Shown here: piece by piece, positions 30,447 to 41,359 of the stretch
Position numbering within the stretch: the stretch's first letter is position 1
Layout of the letters: each line of letters starts with the position of its first letter
Notes under the pieces: model-generated
Told to the model about the DNA's origin: nothing
Seen by the model: the letters and a program-made list of their open reading frames with translations, nothing else
The model's database searches: none
Assembly: GCA_025061115.1 (NCBI GenBank)
Contig: JANZKC010000001.1
Span: forward strand, 640,001-704,000
Length of the DNA: 64,000 bases
Direction: 5' to 3'
Source of the DNA: Candidatus Culexmicrobium cathedralense
Lineage (GTDB): Archaea > Thermoproteota > Methanomethylicia > Culexarchaeales > Culexmicrobiaceae
Position numbers and translations under genes: made by a program

Positions 30447-30650
30447 ATGACAAAAATAGAGAAAATATACCTAAGATATTTTAGAGGTATCATTAAGGGA
30501 GAAGTGGAATTATCACCACTAACAATTCTAATAGGGTCAAACAACACTGGAAAAACAAGCATACTAGAAGCAATACTATTGGCACACGGTCTTACCAATT
30601 ATCTATATGAAAACCTAACACCCCTAGAAATAATATCTAGAAGATCATAA
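30447..30650 (+). pseudogene. N-terminal fragment of ABC/AAA ATPase
   Basis: IEKIYLRYFRGI..LTILIGSNNTGKTSILEAI then stop at 67 aa. Confidence 0.75.
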
Positions 30651-31009
30651 TCTTTCAGATTCCCCAGTTTCAAGGAAGTATTAAAGGCTAGCTCTCTTAG
30701 GAAGGAATTTCTGACCACCAAGTGTTATTATATTCTTCTCTAAAAGCTTCTTCAACTCTTTATTTAATTGCTCATCGATAAGAGCGTCATCAATTAATTC
30801 TACCAGCCAATCCTTTTCCACTGGCACTTGGATGAACATGAGTATAGATAGGAAAGATACTCAACTATCTTGTCAAATAAATCTCTATCCAGCAATTCCT
30901 TACGACTACCATGAACAAATGCACTTCTAATCCCATACGCTCTCTTAACTGTGAGACTAACTAAACAATACAGTATTCTCCTTAAGAGTAGATATCTCCA
31001 TAATCTCAA
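30650..31009 (-). pseudogene. ApeA-like HEPN fragment
   Basis: VKRAYGIRSAFVHGS RxxxxH motif in a broken frame; boundaries approximate. Confidence 0.5.
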
Positions 31010-31624
31010 ATACCTATCTCATATCATACTGAATATAAATCATTTTTACAACGCAGCTACAAGCACTTGAAAATGGCTACATAATAAACTCTCTTACAAA
31101 CAACATAACTGAAAATCGTAAAACTAAGCCACCATAAAAGACTGAAAAACTCGACTATGACCAATTCATACTAGTAATGGGCGACCCAGATAAATCCGCA
31201 CTACTAAACCGAGCAACCCCACCAACTATGGGCTATGAAGAATACTGGTATTGGTATAAACTAAATGAACTAGGACAAGCAATTCTAAAGAGAAAAATAA
31301 CACACTTAGAGGTACACGATGGCTCGATCACAATGCAACCAAACTACTAGCAGAAAAATTGTCGAAAAGAATCCTGAAATTGAAAGTAAACTAGAACATC
31401 TCCTAAAATAATACAAACAACTCTACAACATCAATCCTTTCTCTATAATCAACTCAATAGTGCAACTATAAACGAAGGGGTGCCTAGATAAACAAACTAG
31501 ATGAAAATAAGGGTAAGTACAAAAATCTTGCCTGAACCGTAACTTCGCATCCATGTAGTTTTCTTTATATACTTGAAAGAGTTATAAGTTCAAATGAGAG
31601 TTATAAGCAGAAAAGGTGAAGTGA

Positions 31625-31858
31625 TTGATTACTGAAGAAAAATCTTTTACAATATTGATTGAAAGGGATGAGGATGGATATTATGTGGCTGAAGTAGCTG
31701 AGTTACCAGGCTGCCATACACAGGCCAAGAATATGAGGGAGTTAATGAAGAGAATACGAGAAGCAATACAACTCTACATAGAAGTTGGAGGTAAAATAAA
31801 AGATTTAGACGTAAAAAGAATAACTATAAAGGTTCCAGTTAAGGATCCTTCTTTATAA
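31625..31858 (+). CDS. hicB: HicB family antitoxin
   Basis: FTILIERDEDGYYVAEVAELPGCHTQAK. Confidence 0.9.
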   Translation: MITEEKSFTILIERDEDGYYVAEVAELPGCHTQAKNMRELMKRIREAIQLYIEVGGKIKDLDVKRITIKVPVKDPSL

Positions 31859-32075
31859 ACATGAAAAATTCTTGAAGAGATAAGCCCACATCATAAGCTA
31901 TCTTCCTCAGCAAACCCCTCCCAATATCCTCTCCAGGATGAACCGGAACAACAGTAACCCTTCCATCATTATGTTTTAAAATAACATGACTTCCTCTTCT
32001 TCGCACTACTTTAAATCCAAGCTTCCCTAAAGCCTTCAATGCCCTCCGAGGAGATACAGGATGTATGCGCGACAC
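31839..32075 (-). CDS. hicA: HicA family toxin
   Basis: LGFKVVRRRGSHVIL..DGRVTVVPVHPGEDIGRGLL. Confidence 0.92.
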   Translation of the reverse strand: MSRIHPVSPRRALKALGKLGFKVVRRRGSHVILKHNDGRVTVVPVHPGEDIGRGLLRKIAYDVGLSLQEFFMFIKKDP

Positions 32076-32103
32076 ATCAATCTCCTCACATTATTCATCC
32101 ATG

Positions 32104-33162
32104 CTAATTTAAATGCCCCCTAAGGTTTGAAAAGTCAGAAAATAGTTGAGGCAATAGCTTTCTTTTTGCAGCGGGAGTTAACTTGTAAACCCAGCGAGGA
32201 GGCATTGAAGATCTTTTCCCTGCTCTACGCCTATATGGCCAATAATCAATTAAAACAATACCCTTCTTTATAAGCTCTGTTAAAACTTCATTAAATGACC
32301 TTTTACCATCAAATTCTCTTTTAACTTTATCATCTTCATATTCAACTACAGCTCTAAATTCAAGGCCATATCCTTTACTAAGCCATTTAAGAAAAGCCAT
32401 AAAGTCAGATCGCTCTGACCCAGTTAAATAGCTAGAAACAAAATAATCTCCTTTTAAGAAGGAATTTTTGAATATGGGATATGCATAATCTGCACCCACT
32501 ATCATTTCATGATAATAAGCCCTACTACTATAGAGATCAATGAAGACTAAGCCCATCCTAATAAGTCTCTCAATTAAATCTGACACATCATTCCTATCAA
32601 GCATTATTCTCAACGTACGGGCAAAGCCGTTAGGTACAATATATCTTGTAAAGCCATGCTCTGAAAAGGGGTCACTAACAAAATATTGTGAAAGTAGCCA
32701 AACTGCCTTTTTTACCTCTAAACACTCGTCTTCCAATTTCTCTTTTATATCTTCCTCAAACTTATCATAAACTCCATACATAAGGAGCCCATCTTTAACA
32801 ATATCTCTAAGAAAAAGCCCATCAGAATATCCACTTAAACGTGGATCCACACCCATATCGCTCAATAAAGAATTAAGTCTGTCAACTATCTCAGTAGCTC
32901 TTCCAGGATAAATTGTCTCCAGATTTCTTAGAATGTATCTTTCATTAAGTAAATCAGCCTTAAGATAAAGACAGAGCAACGCCTCCCAATCATCAGACTT
33001 GTAAAGAGAATGTATCAAATCTTCAATAGCCTTGGGTAAAACAGGTTCATTAAGTACTCTGCGAATTACTTCCCTAAAAATTTGAGCCCAATTAATATCC
33101 CTTCTCTCCTTCATTCTTTTCAAAAGCTCCTTAGGCAATCTAAAGGTGAACGTAGCAGACAT
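32104..33162 (-). CDS. Hypothetical protein with N-terminal RHH antitoxin-like domain
   Basis: SATFTFRLPKELLKRMKERRDINWAQIFR followed by about 310 aa with wHTH-like segments (LIRMGLV, LIKKGIV..YKLT). Confidence 0.7.
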   Translation of the reverse strand: MSATFTFRLPKELLKRMKERRDINWAQIFREVIRRVLNEPVLPKAIEDLIHSLYKSDDWEALLCLYLKADLLNERYILRNLETIYPGRATEIVDRLNSLLSDMGVDPRLSGYSDGLFLRDIVKDGLLMYGVYDKFEEDIKEKLEDECLEVKKAVWLLSQYFVSDPFSEHGFTRYIVPNGFARTLRIMLDRNDVSDLIERLIRMGLVFIDLYSSRAYYHEMIVGADYAYPIFKNSFLKGDYFVSSYLTGSERSDFMAFLKWLSKGYGLEFRAVVEYEDDKVKREFDGKRSFNEVLTELIKKGIVLIDYWPYRRRAGKRSSMPPRWVYKLTPAAKRKLLPQLFSDFSNLRGHLN

Positions 33163-33171
33163 ACATATCAC

Positions 33172-33190
33172 TACATGTATTTACATGTAA
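33172..33190. promoter_or_regulatory. Tandem TACATGTA palindromes, probable RHH operator
   Basis: TACATGTA at 33172-33179 and TTACATGTAA at 33181-33190, between a TTTATAG box (minus strand) and the start codon. Confidence 0.55.
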
Positions 33191-33296
33191 GACAACTATA
33201 AACCTTTCGCTTAAAATATTGAATAAGCCGTGAATTAAATTCAAAATACTCATCAAACGCAAAGGTATAGTCTATAAGAGGGCACTCAGCAACACA

Positions 33297-34985
33297 CTAT
33301 GCCAACAACATAAAGAGGGGAGCTGGAATTGCTATAAAATCTTTATTTCTATAAAATTCCATACCTGCATAGACCAGTATTCCTCTAACCTTTAGCTGTT
33401 TACTTAATCGAACAAGTTTCTTTATATGATCACTATCAACTTTATTACCGGAATAGACTTCTATTGGAATAAGTCTTCCCTTAACATCTATTAGAAAATC
33501 TATTTCTCTACCAGGCTTCGACTTAAAATAGAACATTTTCCTTTTCAATAATCTAATATCCTGAATAATCTCTAAGGAAAAAATCATGTGAGCAATATTG
33601 CTTGCAACAACCATCTCTACAATAACGCCTCTCCACTCACTCAATCTACTCAAGACCAGAGAATATGGATCGCTACTTCCAGCACTTATAGCCTTGAAAG
33701 CATAGAACATCAGGGGATCCCAAAAGTAGAATTTTCTAGGACTCCTCAAAGGAGATTTACGCTTGCTAAAATCCTTTAATTTTCCTACTTCAATTAAAAC
33801 AAAGGCGTCTACAAGGTAATTCAAATATTGTCTGACTGTATTATGTGAAATTCCAAGCTTATTAGCCAATTTATTATCACTAATTTCCTTAACTGGAACG
33901 GCTTCAAAGGGTCCTCTTGGAGCCTCCAAAAGTTGATAGAGAATATCATATAGTGTATTTTCATTTAACCTCCACTTCATTGCATCCTTCACTGCAAGAT
34001 CTACAAAATCCAAATAAACACTAGGATGTATCCTCCCAAGAGTTAAGAACTGTCGAACTGCAAGAGGAAAACCTCCAGTTAGAAGGTAATCTTCAAAGTA
34101 TGCATAAAGCTCATTTAAGTAAGTTTCAGCCATCTCTAAAAAAGGCGGTATTCCACCATCCAGCCTAGTAAGCTCATTAAAGGCATCCAATCGCCTCTCA
34201 ACCTTCAAAAACTCTTTACTAATAAATAAACTTCTAATATCACGCTTACCAGCCAACATTTCCCTATAATATGCATATTCAGAAAACTTCATTGGAAGGA
34301 GTAATTTATCATTACCCCCCTCCAACATCACACCTTTCCTTAAGCCAAGAGTCTCAGCACCCTTCCTAACATCTAAGCTATGACTCCCAGTAACCAGCAA
34401 TTTAACATGGTTCCTAGTTAGAAGGCCAGAATCATATAAATCCTTAACAGCAAGTTGCCAATTCTTCAAACTACTAACCTCATCAAGAAAGATAAAAGTA
34501 TCACCAGGGCGATCCCTCCGCCTAATAATGAAATCTCGAATCACGTTAGCCAAGCCATTAACCCCACCCAATCCAGCCCTATCACAACGTATATAAGCTA
34601 TCTTCAAAGGATCAATTCGATTTAACAAAAGCTCTCTAATCAAAAGCTTAATCAAAGTAGTCTTTCCCACACGCCTAGGACCCCTCAAACTTACAAGAAC
34701 ATATTTCCCCTCAGCCTCAAGAAAATTCTTCCTTAAAAGATAGAGAAGACGCGGCGTCCAAATCTCACTAATCCTCAAAACCTTACCCGGACTCTTAAGC
34801 TCACTAATATGAGGATCACGCTCACCCATCACCTCAGTCAACGGAATCCTCAAACGCCTCACAATATCATCTCTAGAAAGACTCTCCGCCTCAACAGTTT
34901 TCATTAAATCCTCTAGAAGGCTTAGGAAATCAGGCCTCCACCACCAATTATCTTCAACTAGAAATGAGATTGACAAGTTTATCAT
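33297..34985 (-). CDS. AAA_14 ATPase with DUF4143 PD-(D/E)XK C-terminus
   Basis: GPRRVGKT, FIFLDEV, VTGS, YLLTGGFP, RKFYFWDP, EIDF..PIEV. Confidence 0.9.
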   Translation of the reverse strand: MINLSISFLVEDNWWWRPDFLSLLEDLMKTVEAESLSRDDIVRRLRIPLTEVMGERDPHISELKSPGKVLRISEIWTPRLLYLLRKNFLEAEGKYVLVSLRGPRRVGKTTLIKLLIRELLLNRIDPLKIAYIRCDRAGLGGVNGLANVIRDFIIRRRDRPGDTFIFLDEVSSLKNWQLAVKDLYDSGLLTRNHVKLLVTGSHSLDVRKGAETLGLRKGVMLEGGNDKLLLPMKFSEYAYYREMLAGKRDIRSLFISKEFLKVERRLDAFNELTRLDGGIPPFLEMAETYLNELYAYFEDYLLTGGFPLAVRQFLTLGRIHPSVYLDFVDLAVKDAMKWRLNENTLYDILYQLLEAPRGPFEAVPVKEISDNKLANKLGISHNTVRQYLNYLVDAFVLIEVGKLKDFSKRKSPLRSPRKFYFWDPLMFYAFKAISAGSSDPYSLVLSRLSEWRGVIVEMVVASNIAHMIFSLEIIQDIRLLKRKMFYFKSKPGREIDFLIDVKGRLIPIEVYSGNKVDSDHIKKLVRLSKQLKVRGILVYAGMEFYRNKDFIAIPAPLFMLLA

Positions 34986-35304
34986 CCAATCTTGTCAATA
35001 AACTGACAAGATATATAAATCTTACTCAACAACTCACAATTACAACACCACAAACCAAGCCAGTTTATCAATAAGCTCTTCCAATAGCTTATCAACTCTC
35101 TCAACCATCTCTTTAATATCTCTAAGCCCCCTCAAAAGCTCTAACAAACATAAGTAAAACACCGTCAATCAAGCATATATAGCTCAAACTTTTGAAACAA
35201 TCTGAAAGATTAAAATAAAAAATAAAATATTATATCTCAAATGAAATCATTATTCACAAGAAAAAGAATGCCAAAATATAAAAATAAATTAATAATTAAA
35301 TTTT

Positions 35305-35988
35305 ATGGGACTAAATATGAGCTCAGGAGCACGCCATGTAGTTATAGAGATGATTTCAGATAAACTTGGCTTTCCCTTCAATGAAGAAGAACTTTCTCCT
35401 AAAACTCGCAGGCAAATTGGAATAACATCCAAAAAAGTAGAGGAACTGACACATTTATTAGAGTTAAAAACTTCTTATGAAAGTAATTCGACGTCCTACT
35501 TCCTATACAGTTTCATAGCTGGGTTTTTCGGAGCAATACTCCTAATACCAGCGGCCTACAATCCACCCGAGCTTTCTTACCCTTTTACTATAATGAGCTG
35601 GCCATGCTTAGGAGCCTCATTCATTCTCTTTTGGAAAGCAATTGCAGACCATAATAGATCGAATGAAATTAAATCTAAGATCAATGCCCTAGAGGACACA
35701 ATCCTTGAAGAAGTCTCACATTTAGCTGATCTAGTTAACGCTGAAATCTCACTACTATACGAGTCTCGTATAAGGCCTACAATTAGACATGTCAGCATAG
35801 ATTTTGCAAAGATAATGGAGGTCGCCAAAAATCTAGGAATAACGCTTGAGACCATCGAATGCCCACATTGCGGCGGATCCCTAAAGCTACCGAAAACAGG
35901 CGACTACCTTAAATGCCCGTATTGCGGCAAAACAATAAAAGTCATAGATGTCTTTGATAAATTAAAAGAAATTTTAAGCAGCATCTGA
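35305..35988 (+). CDS. Membrane protein with C-terminal zinc ribbon
   Basis: Two TM helices, coiled coil, CPHCGG...CPYCG. Confidence 0.78.
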   Translation: MGLNMSSGARHVVIEMISDKLGFPFNEEELSPKTRRQIGITSKKVEELTHLLELKTSYESNSTSYFLYSFIAGFFGAILLIPAAYNPPELSYPFTIMSWPCLGASFILFWKAIADHNRSNEIKSKINALEDTILEEVSHLADLVNAEISLLYESRIRPTIRHVSIDFAKIMEVAKNLGITLETIECPHCGGSLKLPKTGDYLKCPYCGKTIKVIDVFDKLKEILSSI

Positions 35989-36051
35989 ACGTTCGATCGA
36001 TAATAAAACATTGCAATCTCAAAATAGCAAGAAACACTTGGAAGATCAAAA

Positions 36052-36264
36052 ATGACCTACGGTAAAGCAATAATTAGATATAAAGGAGCACACCCCATAC
36101 TCTTCACATTCACAGCACTATCCGCAGGAATAGGAGCAATACGAGGATATAAAACAAAAGGTATTACAGGTGCGATAATAGAAGGCGCCTTAGGAGGAAT
36201 AGTTGGAGCCATCCTTGGCGGCATACTAGAAACACTACCAAAAGCAGTAGTTATTAAATACTAA
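36052..36264 (+). CDS. Small glycine-zipper membrane protein
   Basis: GITGAIIEGALGGIVGAILGG GxxxG repeats. Confidence 0.6.
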   Translation: MTYGKAIIRYKGAHPILFTFTALSAGIGAIRGYKTKGITGAIIEGALGGIVGAILGGILETLPKAVVIKY

Positions 36265-36525
36265 GAAAACTCTATAAACTGTAAAAATTAAAATAGCATC
36301 GAAGATTTACCACAGTCAATTACGTGGAATAGTAAAAGAGGGTGATTGGGAGAATGAGCTAAATAGGCTTAATGAATTCTTAGTTAAGATAGCTAAAGTG
36401 ACGCAGAAGCGAGGTATGTCTAGAAAGCTTCACATAATATGACTATTGCTTGACTTAACTGGATAATTTAACGAACTTAACTTATATAACGCATTGCTAC
36501 ACTACTACATATAGGTGTAATTGAC

Positions 36526-36840
36526 ATGGAAGCAATTTCACAGCACTTCCTACTAAGATATATGACAAGTACTCTAGGTGAAAGAAAGACGTTCGACAGG
36601 TCATATGTAGTTGATAGTGCACGAGGCACTACTGACACCTTACACTTCACTCAAATATCACTAGATGAAGAGGCAGGAGCGCTATATATAAAGCTGAAAA
36701 ATGGAAAAATAGCAAAAACATTGGAAAGTGAAGATCTAATGCTAATAGACTTAGATGATGAAGGCAAAGTTATTGGAATAGAAGTTTTAACAAGCAATAA
36801 AGAAATATTGAGAGCACTATCAAGAACTCTTAGGCCATAA
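36526..36840 (+). CDS. DUF2283 family putative antitoxin
   Basis: DEEAGALYIKL...LIDLDDEGKVIGIEVL. Confidence 0.85.
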   Translation: MEAISQHFLLRYMTSTLGERKTFDRSYVVDSARGTTDTLHFTQISLDEEAGALYIKLKNGKIAKTLESEDLMLIDLDDEGKVIGIEVLTSNKEILRALSRTLRP

Positions 36841-37113
36841 AGTTATAAGCTTGAAACAACGAGCAGTCTTTTCTAAAACAACCTTCAACACCACCTTCTC
36901 ACTAACTTCAATTATGGCGTGATATCTAGGACCTTCAACACCCTTATGCTTAACATCTTCAACAAGCTTACCTTGACTAAGCTGGGACTTTAAAACTTCA
37001 AGAAGATCTTCAAAGTTTAAGTATTGGGAAATATAACGATTTTCAAACCTGTAAATGAAATGATCAGTCCACTGCAAAGTTTCACAAGTCATCGGATCAT
37101 CCTTACTTAGCAA
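36820..37113 (-). CDS. DUF4258/RelE-like putative toxin
   Basis: WTDHFIYRFENR...LKVVLE...LITLW. Confidence 0.65.
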   Translation of the reverse strand: MLSKDDPMTCETLQWTDHFIYRFENRYISQYLNFEDLLEVLKSQLSQGKLVEDVKHKGVEGPRYHAIIEVSEKVVLKVVLEKTARCFKLITLWPKSS

Positions 37114-37552
37114 TCTTTACCAGTACGAGTGGAGACCAGCGAACATTGTACACTGGGTTGCCGTCATTGTCCCGATATTCAAGAGTTCTACTCACAATGG
37201 TTGGCTCTATCTCAACAATTACCCTATACTTTAAGCCATCACTCCCAAAATACAAAACTTCTTCAACAGCCTTTTCAGCTTCAACTATATCGACAAACTC
37301 CCATATCTCCAAGTTTTTCAAATGCTCACCGCCTCTTGGAACAGGCTTATTTGAAACTCTCACCCGCAACTCCCTTGGAGCAGAAGCCGCTATAACAACA
37401 TTAAAACCCACACCCAACGACAAACCTGTGGGCGACTTCTCCAACTCATCTATCTTCGTAATAGTAACTCTGACAGTCAATACAGACTTATCGGACAAGA
37501 CAACATAACCAGGCTTGTTCCTTAAAACTTCAAACTTAGCAATATTGCTCAA
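37103..37552 (-). CDS. Hypothetical beta-rich protein with internal duplication
   Basis: TTG start after GGTGA (track extends to 37618); two L.D..L.V..I...G.P-like halves. Confidence 0.65.
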   Translation of the reverse strand: MSNIAKFEVLRNKPGYVVLSDKSVLTVRVTITKIDELEKSPTGLSLGVGFNVVIAASAPRELRVRVSNKPVPRGGEHLKNLEIWEFVDIVEAEKAVEEVLYFGSDGLKYRVIVEIEPTIVSRTLEYRDNDGNPVYNVRWSPLVLVKIAK

Positions 37553-38040
37553 AACATTCACCACTGAAATAATCGAAGAGAATACATATATAAAGTAAGC
37601 GAACAAAAGCTCTAACATCTAAATAAACAAACATAAATTGTATCTTAGGTTAATATCCAGCGAAATAAACCGAAAGCAATCACTAAGCATCACCACTTCA
37701 AACCGTCACTTCAATTATGACCGATATAAAATGAAGTTAGGGTTACGCATTAATTACCGTTCTAAAGAACATGCTGTACAAAGAGAATATAGTTTCAATA
37801 AGGCGAAAGAACTGAACCACCCTCAAGTTTAACATCAAATTTTGTCAATAAACTTACAAGATAAAGTTACTGATATATCCACGCAAAATCAAGGCTCAAC
37901 GCTATTATAAGTCAAAGCCTGTAATAACCAGTACTTAAGAAACAATTATCAAAGAGTGCCCAGCGATATACTCGTAGAGTATAGTGAAAACCTCTGTAAA
38001 GAAGCCCACCTGAATTCAGCCTACAAGCCGGTGAGGCTGC

Positions 38041-39050
38041 TTGAAAAAGAAAGCTGCTGTAATCGGCTTAGATGGGCTGTCGTGGAATTATCTTGACAAG
38101 CTCATCAACAATGGCATTATGCCCTATACGAAAACACTTCTAAACAAGGCATTCAAGACGGAGCTGGAGTGCATACCGCCAGTCACACTACCATCTTGGA
38201 CGAGCATAATGACTGGAGTAAATCCAGGCAAGCACGGAATTTTCGGCTTCTTCACATACGATAAATCAACTTGGAAGCAGATCTTAACATCAGCCTATCA
38301 CGTAGAATACCCTAGAATTCACGAAATGCTTTCAATGAACGGTGCAAAGAGCATAATCTTCAACCCAATGCCCGACTACCCCATCATACCCGCAAGAAAC
38401 ACAATACAAATAAGCAACCTATTCTTCACACCGAAACCCGTCTCCTACCCAGCTGAAGCCTACAAGAAATTCTTTGGAGAAGAAAACCCTAAGGAGGTCA
38501 AGAAAGATGCGACGTGCAACTACTTGAACAAATACATACACGTTATCGAGCTGCATGAAGAGGCTGTCGATAAAGCCATAAATGAAGACCACACCCTCCT
38601 ATGGATTAACCTAAACATCCCCGACAGCCTATTCCACAGATGCCCAAAATAATAGAAACCGACGAACTACTCCCAAGCGAGAGAAGAATATTCAGAGAAG
38701 TAGACAAGCTAATCAAATCACTAAGAGAAACCCACGAAAACCTAGTCATAGTCTCCGACCACGGCTACGCAACATACAACAAGCTAATATCCGTCAACGA
38801 CATCCTCATAAAACACAAACTAGCAAACGCAACCAAAATAAACAAAATAAGCGAGATAAGCGACTACAAAAAACCTAAAAGACATGCAAAGCCAAAGTCC
38901 ACTAAGATAATAGATGTCAACCCAAAAATTTACAGTCTAATCAGAAAACTACACCTATCACGCATCACCCGCTCAACCCTAAACATAATCTCCACAATAG
39001 TAGGACGAAAAATAAGGGTCAAAACGTCAAGATGGGTACGAGGTGTGTAA
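38041..39050 (+). pseudogene. Alkaline phosphatase superfamily (nucleotide pyrophosphatase/phosphodiesterase), frameshifted and truncated
   Basis: IGLDGL, PPVTLPSWTSIMTGVNPGKHG; VSDHG in the second frame after about 38645. Confidence 0.8.
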
Positions 39051-39444
39051 AGTGAGAGTTCTTATTTGCCACCGTAGTCTAAATAGTGCAGGTGGCGGTG
39101 AGAGGGTAGCGCTTCACATCATTAAGTTAGCTCAGGACATGGGCTTCGACGTCGAGCTAGCAACGACTGAGCCAACAGATTGGGATCACGTTCAGAACAT
39201 CATAGGGATTCAGCTTGATAGGATCCCTAAGGAGCATAGCTTACTGCCATTTAGGTTGAGGGCCTTCGGGATCTACCAGCGCTTCCTAACTGGGGTTCAC
39301 GCTAGCAGGCTTAGAAGGAGGTCCAACTTGACAGTTAATACTCACGGGGATGTCATGGCGCTTCCAGCAGACATGACCTACCTCCACTTCCCCGTCTTAG
39401 CTTACTGGAGGAGGGGGGAGCTTAAGCTATACAGCTCCTTCTAG
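39043..39444 (+). pseudogene. GT4 glycosyltransferase N-terminal fragment
   Basis: HRSLNSAGGGERVA, NTHGD, YLHFP; stops at 133 aa. Confidence 0.75.
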
Positions 39445-39541
39445 ACTTATAGGCTCCTTAACATGACATGTAGCATGAACGCTATAACCATGTTCACTTA
39501 CCTAACGCTGCAATTCAATCCTATTAACAAACTCACAATTT

Positions 39542-39967
39542 TCACTTGCATTTCTGAATTAATTCCCCTAAATCTACCACCTTTACCAGTTTTTCAGCCT
39601 TTTCCCTAAGTTTTCTATCCTCTGTTACCAGTATTAAGTTATTCTTTTGAGCCAAGACTATGTATGAGGCATCATAAGTAGTTATCCCCAGCTCTAAGGC
39701 TTTTACTAAAACATCAGCTTCGCATGGATGGACATCTAGTATTTCCAAATATTCCAATGCACTTTTAAACACCTCTATAAATTCCATAGCTTCTTCATAA
39801 GTCAAATTCTTAGTTAAATATGCTTCCTTCCATATAGCGTTTAAAACTTCATAAATCGCCAATTGCTGAGTATAACTACCATAAATAAGAGCCACACGCT
39901 TAAGCTTTAACACATAAACCAAGGAAGATGCATCAAACAAGTATTTATCAGCCAATCTTGAAATCAC
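39542..39967 (-). CDS. vapC: VapC PIN-domain toxin
   Basis: YLFDASS, YEVLNAIWK, YDASY, LVTEDRKL. Confidence 0.9.
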   Translation of the reverse strand: MISRLADKYLFDASSLVYVLKLKRVALIYGSYTQQLAIYEVLNAIWKEAYLTKNLTYEEAMEFIEVFKSALEYLEILDVHPCEADVLVKALELGITTYDASYIVLAQKNNLILVTEDRKLREKAEKLVKVVDLGELIQKCK

Positions 39968-40191
39968 CTACCCCTATCCTCCCTAATACTATCAACAATC
40001 CTATGAATGTCAATCTTATCTAGAACCCTCGCCATCTCATCAAGCCTCCTACGCAGTTCATCCAATTCACGCTTCCTAACCTCCTCCTCCAATGCCCTCC
40101 TCAAAACTTCTGAAATCCTTATCCCCAGCCTCTCAGCCCTCTCCTTCAATTCCCTCCTCACCTTAGTTGAAATAGTAACATACCTACCCAT
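39964..40191 (-). CDS. vapB: VapB/CcdA-like antitoxin
   Basis: YVTISTKVRRELKERAERLGIRISEVLRRALEEEV. Confidence 0.88.
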   Translation of the reverse strand: MGRYVTISTKVRRELKERAERLGIRISEVLRRALEEEVRKRELDELRRRLDEMARVLDKIDIHRIVDSIREDRGR

Positions 40192-40202
40192 AATTACCAC
40201 CA

Positions 40203-40233
40203 TAAAAGTAGTAAATAAAAGTAGTAAATAAAA
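40203..40233. repeat. 13-bp tandem repeat TAAAAGTAGTAAA x2 (plus partial) upstream of the antitoxin, probable operator
   Basis: Exact repeat at 40203-40215 and 40216-40228. Confidence 0.55.
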
Positions 40234-40412
40234 CTTTCACCAAAATACCAAATCAACAATCATACAAGCAGCCATAAACTCGCCTACCCATCTCCACAAA
40301 AACCAATAAAAGGTAACAAAATGAAAATCATAGTTGATGACTTAAAAAACAACTCATACCCATAATAATCACCATACAGGCAATATTAGCGGTTATTCTA
40401 TCGTTAAGTGCA

Positions 40413-41198
40413 TTGAATGTTAAGCATTACCAGAAGATATACAGAACAACTGTTAAAGTTGCATTCAGAATAAAGTACGACTTCACCATATCGATAATAG
40501 CGTTAGCATTACTCACTGCAATCTACTTAGCTTGGAAAAGAGAATTTCACGTGCTACTTTTAACAGCTTTGATATCGATTTTAGCCTACTTCATGAGAAG
40601 CTTTAGAGATTCAGTGATAGTAGCAACATTAATGCTCTCGGCATTCACAGCAGTAAGAATGAAGAAGAATGAAGACTGCGCATTCTGGGCATTAGCTTTT
40701 TGGACTAGCTTGGAGATGGTTACATTATTGCACTGGGGAATATTAAAGCCAATGTTGAATGTGGATGTACTTCAGACTTTAGCCAACTTCGAGCACAAAA
40801 TTTTCAGCGTAACAGCAATCCTAACACTCCCAACTCCACTAACCATACTGTTCATGTGGATTCTAAAGCCAATAGCAAAACAGTACGTACAGTCAATAAA
40901 AGATGTTGTTCAGCTAATTAGAGGAGAAACTGAAGAGCAGGTAAGAAGTTCAGCCCCACTAAAAATTGGCTGGATGCCGATACTCGCAGTCGCGGCAATA
41001 TTTTCGATAGTGACGGCAATCTACCCATACTGCTTGAGCAATGCTACAACAGTAAAGCACATGCCTCTTTTAATACATTCAATCCTAACAGTATCAGCAT
41101 TCATTCTGGTTTTGAAGGCAGTTGGAGATAAGGAGTGGGCCACCCTCTCAGCCCAACTAACAGCAGGAATCATGACGGTATCAGACATGTACGCTTAA
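40413..41198 (+). CDS. Multi-pass membrane protein, probably a degraded GT-C-like fragment
   Basis: 261 aa hydrophobic ORF; no clear motif. Confidence 0.5.
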   Translation: MNVKHYQKIYRTTVKVAFRIKYDFTISIIALALLTAIYLAWKREFHVLLLTALISILAYFMRSFRDSVIVATLMLSAFTAVRMKKNEDCAFWALAFWTSLEMVTLLHWGILKPMLNVDVLQTLANFEHKIFSVTAILTLPTPLTILFMWILKPIAKQYVQSIKDVVQLIRGETEEQVRSSAPLKIGWMPILAVAAIFSIVTAIYPYCLSNATTVKHMPLLIHSILTVSAFILVLKAVGDKEWATLSAQLTAGIMTVSDMYA

Positions 41199-41359
41199 AA
41201 TACTGGCAAACACTTTTAATGTAATATCTTAACTAGAGAAGATAGACTAAATATGAAGAAAATAGTTCAATAGTACCTTATTATTGTCAAATATTTATAA
41301 TTATTAAAATAGTTAACCTTAAGTATTTGTTTTCAAAAATATCATGGTGTTACTAAATC

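Noticed and set aside
31080-31480. Protein-like plus-strand fragments
   Set aside because: Broken frames with no identifiable motif
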